Shown: in pieces, positions 60,198 to 64,000 of the stretch
Layout of the letters: each line of letters opens with the position of its first letter
Position numbering within the stretch: position 1 is the stretch's first letter
Translations under genes and position numbers: made by a program
DNA from: Bacillota bacterium
GTDB lineage: Bacteria; Bacillota; Desulfitobacteriia; Desulfitobacteriales; JAJXUE01
Length of the DNA: 64,000 nucleotides
Direction of reading: 5' to 3'
Assembly (NCBI GenBank): GCA_021783135.1
Contig: JAJXUE010000001.1
Location: forward strand, 41,926-105,925
Notes under the pieces: model-generated
Database searches by the model: none
Seen by the model: only the letters and a program-made list of their open reading frames with translations
Told to the model about the DNA's origin: nothing

Positions 60198-61574
60198 TTG
60201 GAAGTGGAAAAACTAAATGCATGGGATAAATTAACCCCGGCGCAACAGCAGCAGGCGCATCAATTTGCAACAGGATACCGAAATTTTTTAACTCAGGCTA
60301 AAACCGAGCGGCAGGCGGTTAAACTTGTGATTGAAGCAGTACGTGAGCATGGCTTTCAACCACTTGAAGCTTTTTCTCGCTTGCAACAAGGCGATAAAGT
60401 TTATCAAAGTATTTATGGCAAAGCACTTTGTCTGGCAGTTGTTGGTGAACATCCGATAGAACAAGGGTTTCGTATTGTTGGCTCCCATATGGACGCCCCT
60501 CGCCTTGATTTGAAACCTAACCCCATTTACGAAGAGTCAGGCTTGGTTTTCGCTAAAACACACTATTATGGTGGTGTCAAAAAATATCAGTGGGCAGCAG
60601 TGCCACTAGCTTTGCATGGTATTGTGATTACGGCCGAAGGCAAGACTGTCAATATATCACTTGGCGAAGGTGCGGATGAACCTGTGTTTACTATTACAGA
60701 CTTATTACCGCACCTGGCGAAGGATCAACTTGATAAAAAAATACGCGAAGCCCTTAAAGGTGAAGACCTTAATATTTTAGTTGCCAGTGTGCCGGTGGGC
60801 GCACAAAATGTTAAGGCTAGGGTTAAAGCCAATCTACTCGAAATCCTGCATAAGCAATATGGTATTACAGAAGAGGACTTTGTGAGTGCAGAGCTCGAGG
60901 CAGTGCCGGCAGGTGCTGCCCGCCAAGTAGGTTTTGACAAAGGCTTAATTGGTGGTTACGGTCAGGATGATAGAGCTTGCGTCTATACTTCCCTGCAAGC
61001 CTTATTTGATATAAATCATCCTAAAATGACATCTATTGCACTTTTTGCGGATAAAGAAGAGACTGGCAGTGCCGGATCTACAGGGATGAAGTCAAACTTA
61101 CTGGAAGACTTTGTGTCTGAATTAAATGCCTTAATGGGAAATAAGTTTGAACAGCTATCAGTGCGTCGAGCGCTGCGTCGGTCTAAGGCTTTGTCGGCTG
61201 ATGGTACTGTAGGATTTGATCCTAATTTTCCTGATGTGGTTGATAAGTATAACACTGCAAGCCTAGGGGGCGGGGTAGTAATCAGTAAATATTCAGGTGT
61301 CGGTGGCAAGAATGATACTAGTGACGCCAGTGCGGAATTTGTGGGCGAGGTGCGGCGAATATTTAATCAGGCTAATATAGCGTGGCAATCAGGCGAATTG
61401 GGTAAGGTAGATCAAGGTGGCGGCGGAACTATTGCACAATATATGGCCAGATACGGCATGGAAGTTGTAGACTGTGGTCCGGCGATGCTATCACTACATT
61501 CTCCATTTGAACTTACAAGTGTAGTCGACATCTACTCGTGTTATCGGGCTTATCGGGAATTTTTTAACTACTAG
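60198..61574 (+). CDS. M18 family aminopeptidase
   Basis: VGSHMDAPRLDLKP, GYGQDDRAC, FADKEETGS and LSLHSPFE metal-ligand regions. TTG start 8 nt after AGGAGG. Confidence 0.8.
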   Translation: MEVEKLNAWDKLTPAQQQQAHQFATGYRNFLTQAKTERQAVKLVIEAVREHGFQPLEAFSRLQQGDKVYQSIYGKALCLAVVGEHPIEQGFRIVGSHMDAPRLDLKPNPIYEESGLVFAKTHYYGGVKKYQWAAVPLALHGIVITAEGKTVNISLGEGADEPVFTITDLLPHLAKDQLDKKIREALKGEDLNILVASVPVGAQNVKARVKANLLEILHKQYGITEEDFVSAELEAVPAGAARQVGFDKGLIGGYGQDDRACVYTSLQALFDINHPKMTSIALFADKEETGSAGSTGMKSNLLEDFVSELNALMGNKFEQLSVRRALRRSKALSADGTVGFDPNFPDVVDKYNTASLGGGVVISKYSGVGGKNDTSDASAEFVGEVRRIFNQANIAWQSGELGKVDQGGGGTIAQYMARYGMEVVDCGPAMLSLHSPFELTSVVDIYSCYRAYREFFNY

Positions 61575-61592
61575 AATATTGCTGGAGGTAAC

Positions 61593-62468
61593 ATGCCTGA
61601 GTGGGTTGACTTATTAAAGCACTTGCCGCAGCAGGCGGAAGAGTTGGCGTCATATATAACAGCAGATAAGGATCTAGCTGATTACCTTACGGGAGAATAC
61701 CGAAAATTGCCGGAGGAGCTAAGACGGGGCTTAGAACGTAACCTCGCCACACGTAAAGGAACCCGGTTTTTTGATTTATTGCAAAAAAATAACAACCCTA
61801 CGGTTCGTGGCTGGGCCTTGCTTTTGGCGGGCTTTTTACCTGCTGAACTACAAATTCCCAGGTTGTTTAATGGGTTGGGCGACAAAAGTGAAGAAAATAA
61901 ATTGGTAGCTGCGTGTAAATTAGGTAAATTGCAAAGCAAAGAGGTAGTCGAACTATTGATTGATGGACTTGTTACCGGTAGGTGGCTGCCCGCTAGGATT
62001 GCCCAAGCATTGTCAGCCATGGATGCTTCGGCGCTACCACAACTTATTAAATTAACAACCAATAGTGATGAAAACATACGGATATATGCCATTGAGATTT
62101 TAGCATCCTTTGTCGCACCAGAAGTAGGGCCGGTAATAATGCAATTGTTATCTGATCCTGCGGCCAAAGTTAGAAAGAAGGCGGCTGAAGTTGTGCCTGC
62201 ATTCGCCGATTTAATTTGTCCGGAACAGATTGGTCAAATATTGCGCAGTGAAATGGACATGGCGGTTAGACTTCAACTTGTCAGAGCAATCGGGCAAGTA
62301 AATCTTCCCGGAATTACGGCTATTTTACAAGACGAGGCAAATGGGGATAACCAGAAAATTGCCCGTGCTGCCAGAATTGCGCTAGAGTCCAACAATCCGG
62401 ATGGGAGAGTGGCTAATAATGTGGCAGACAGTTCAGCAGTTGTTTTTAAGGATTGTAGCAAGTTTTGA
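61593..62468 (+). CDS. HEAT-repeat protein
   Basis: Repeated helical units (VRGWALLLAGF, IRIYAIEILASF, KVRKKAAEVV, AVRLQLVRAIG) typical of PBS-lyase/HEAT repeats. Good RBS GGAGG. Confidence 0.6.
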   Translation: MPEWVDLLKHLPQQAEELASYITADKDLADYLTGEYRKLPEELRRGLERNLATRKGTRFFDLLQKNNNPTVRGWALLLAGFLPAELQIPRLFNGLGDKSEENKLVAACKLGKLQSKEVVELLIDGLVTGRWLPARIAQALSAMDASALPQLIKLTTNSDENIRIYAIEILASFVAPEVGPVIMQLLSDPAAKVRKKAAEVVPAFADLICPEQIGQILRSEMDMAVRLQLVRAIGQVNLPGITAILQDEANGDNQKIARAARIALESNNPDGRVANNVADSSAVVFKDCSKF

Positions 62469-63276
62469 TGTCGTTGCGTTGGTTAAAAACATCATATATA
62501 TAATTATTACACTTATCTTAGCTAAGGTTATCTACGCTGGGTTGAATATAGCCTTAAAAAAAGTTTTGTTACGTGAAAAAGGGTCATCCTTCCTTCTAAA
62601 GGAAAGGCGAGCTAAGACCTTGTACCCATTGCTGCGCAGCATAATGTTCTACACCATTGCATTTTTGGCGGTCATCAACATTTTGCCTTTAATAGGAGTC
62701 AAAACGGCAACTATTTTGGCCAGTGTCAGCGCGGTAGGACTTGCTGTCGGCTTTGGCGCCCAGAGCCTGGTGAAAGACGTTATATCAGGTTTTTTTATTA
62801 TCTTTGAGGACCAATTTGCGGTGGGGGAATATATCAGTGTAGATAAATTTGACGGTATAGTTGAAGAAATAGGTATCAGGTCAACTCGAATCCGGGCTTG
62901 GGGTGGTGAGCTGCACGTTATCCCCAACGGCAGCATAACGGCTGTGACTAATTTTAATCAGGGAAAAATGCGAGCTTTGGTAGATATTAATCTTGCCTAT
63001 GACCAAGACGTTGAAAAGGCGATGCAAATTATTGAGCAAGTCGGGCAGGAGTTGGCCAAGGAATTCACGGACAAGTTGGTTGAGGGACCTAGTGTTCAAG
63101 GTATAATAACCTTGGGTGACGTATTTCTTGTCGTGCGCACAGTTGCTTACACTAAAGCTATGGAACAGTGGGAAATTGAACGCGAGATGCGTAAGCGAAT
63201 TGTTGATGCATTACACAAGGCAGGTATTCGAATCCCCAGTCCCAAGCAGGTGTTCGTTGAATCTAAGAGCCAATGA
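62419..63276 (+). CDS. mscS: small-conductance mechanosensitive channel (MscS family)
   Basis: LAVGFGAQSLVKDVISGFFIIFEDQFAVGEYI is the MscS TM3/beta-domain signature. Start is ATG 62419 or 62401; either overlaps the HEAT gene's 3' end. Confidence 0.85.
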   Translation: MWQTVQQLFLRIVASFDVVALVKNIIYIIITLILAKVIYAGLNIALKKVLLREKGSSFLLKERRAKTLYPLLRSIMFYTIAFLAVINILPLIGVKTATILASVSAVGLAVGFGAQSLVKDVISGFFIIFEDQFAVGEYISVDKFDGIVEEIGIRSTRIRAWGGELHVIPNGSITAVTNFNQGKMRALVDINLAYDQDVEKAMQIIEQVGQELAKEFTDKLVEGPSVQGIITLGDVFLVVRTVAYTKAMEQWEIEREMRKRIVDALHKAGIRIPSPKQVFVESKSQ

Positions 63277-63302
63277 AACCAATCAGAAAGAGGTAGGAGC
63301 AT

Positions 63303-63503
63303 TTGCCGAAGTTAAGTATTGGTGACGTAGTAAGATTGAAAAAGCAGCATCCGTGCGGTAGCTTTGAATGGGAAGTGACTCGAGTGGGGATGGATGTTAG
63401 GATCAAATGCCTTGGATGTGCGCATCAAGTTTTGCTTCCTCGAGCAAAATTTGAAAAGAGTATTAAGTTTTTTGTGCACCAAGCTGAGCCAAATCAGGAA
63501 TAG
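63303..63503 (+). CDS. DUF951 family protein
   Basis: IGDVVRLKKQHPCGSFEWEVTRVGMDVRIKCLGCAHQVLLPR. A small CxxG...CxxC protein upstream of ychF, as in Bacillus. Confidence 0.7.
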   Translation: MPKLSIGDVVRLKKQHPCGSFEWEVTRVGMDVRIKCLGCAHQVLLPRAKFEKSIKFFVHQAEPNQE

Positions 63504-63589
63504 TCGTTGCTCAAACACGAGGTATCATCTATAATCAGTGTGAAGTTAAGGGACTAAAATAATGAGAATAATGTCCGGAGGAATCGAAG

Positions 63590-64000
63590 TTGGCACTAAC
63601 ATGTGGTATAGTCGGATTGCCTAATGTAGGTAAATCTACTTTATTTAATGCAATTACCCAGGCTGGGGCGGAAGCGGCAAACTATCCTTTTTGTACTATT
63701 GACCCTAATGTAGGGATTGTCAATGTGCCTGATGCGAGATTGGCCAAGTTGGCAGAGTTAGTTAACCCGCAAAAAATTGTACCGGCCAGTGTGCAGTTTA
63801 CTGACATTGCCGGCTTGGTGCGAGGGGCGAGCAAAGGGGAAGGTTTGGGCAATAAATTCCTCGCACACATTCGCGAGGTAGACACAATTGTACATGTTGT
63901 GCGCTGTTTTGAAGATGACAACGTGGTTCATGTTGAGGGAAATGTTGACCCTATTCGTGACATTGAGACGATTGAGTTGGAACTGATTCTGTCTGATCTG
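63590..64000 (+). CDS. ychF: redox-regulated ATPase YchF, 3' end beyond the window
   Basis: Not in the track (runs off the window). TTG 63590 follows GGAGGAA. Translates to [41 protein letters not shown]...[17 protein letters not shown]. Confidence 0.9.
   Translation, partial: MALTCGIVGLPNVGKSTLFNAITQAGAEAANYPFCTIDPNVGIVNVPDARLAKLAELVNPQKIVPASVQFTDIAGLVRGASKGEGLGNKFLAHIREVDTIVHVVRCFEDDNVVHVEGNVDPIRDIETIELELILSDL

Overview
This window is the chromosomal replication-origin region of an endospore-forming Firmicute. It is probably a Clostridia/Peptococcaceae-type anaerobe, judging from PFOR, hypAB, selB/selC and many sporulation genes, but that lineage is a guess. Gene order closely follows the Bacillus subtilis oriC neighbourhood. 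The left arm is almost entirely on the minus strand: yabG, rsmA, rnmV, a cell-wall hydrolase cluster, tatD, metG with a Met T-box, abrB, rsmI, yabB, yabA, yaaT, holB, tmk, a yaaO-like decarboxylase, csfB, PFOR, bofA, yaaL, recR, ybaB, dnaX, SRP RNA, tadA embedded in five tRNA genes, serS, pdxTS, gyrAB, remB, recF, dnaN and dnaA. The right arm is almost entirely on the plus strand: rpmH, rnpA, yidD, yidC, jag, mnmE, mnmG, rsmG, soj, spo0J, then a class V aminotransferase, DUF554, DUF4446, yyaC, yyaD-like, hypAB, a TPR protein, selB, tRNA-Sec, lgt, NlpC/P60, cvpA, an M18 aminopeptidase, a HEAT protein, mscS, DUF951 and ychF. The strand switch, two DnaA-box clusters and a DnaA-trio/GC-cluster/AT-rich module place oriC at about 38.6-40.5 kb. 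I found no rRNA genes, CRISPR arrays, transposases, integrases or recognisable defence or toxin modules. I see no convincing new multi-gene system; the region is mostly core. These points seem most worth a second look: (1) a 50-bp perfect palindrome with a parS-variant core, inside a 659-bp ORF-free stretch downstream of parB; (2) tadA wedged within 1-11 nt of flanking tRNA genes, next to its substrate tRNA-Arg(ACG); (3) a lone AT-rich Rieske oxygenase gene between two tRNA-Ser genes; (4) a textbook DnaA-trio origin module, with a low-GC trough that extends through the origin-proximal coding genes; (5) an A7 run in dnaX followed at once by a -1 frame stop; (6) a YkuD-like protein lacking the catalytic Cys; (7) hypAB-TPR-selB-selC linkage. 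All functional calls rest on motifs I recognised by eye. No database search or computed statistic was available.
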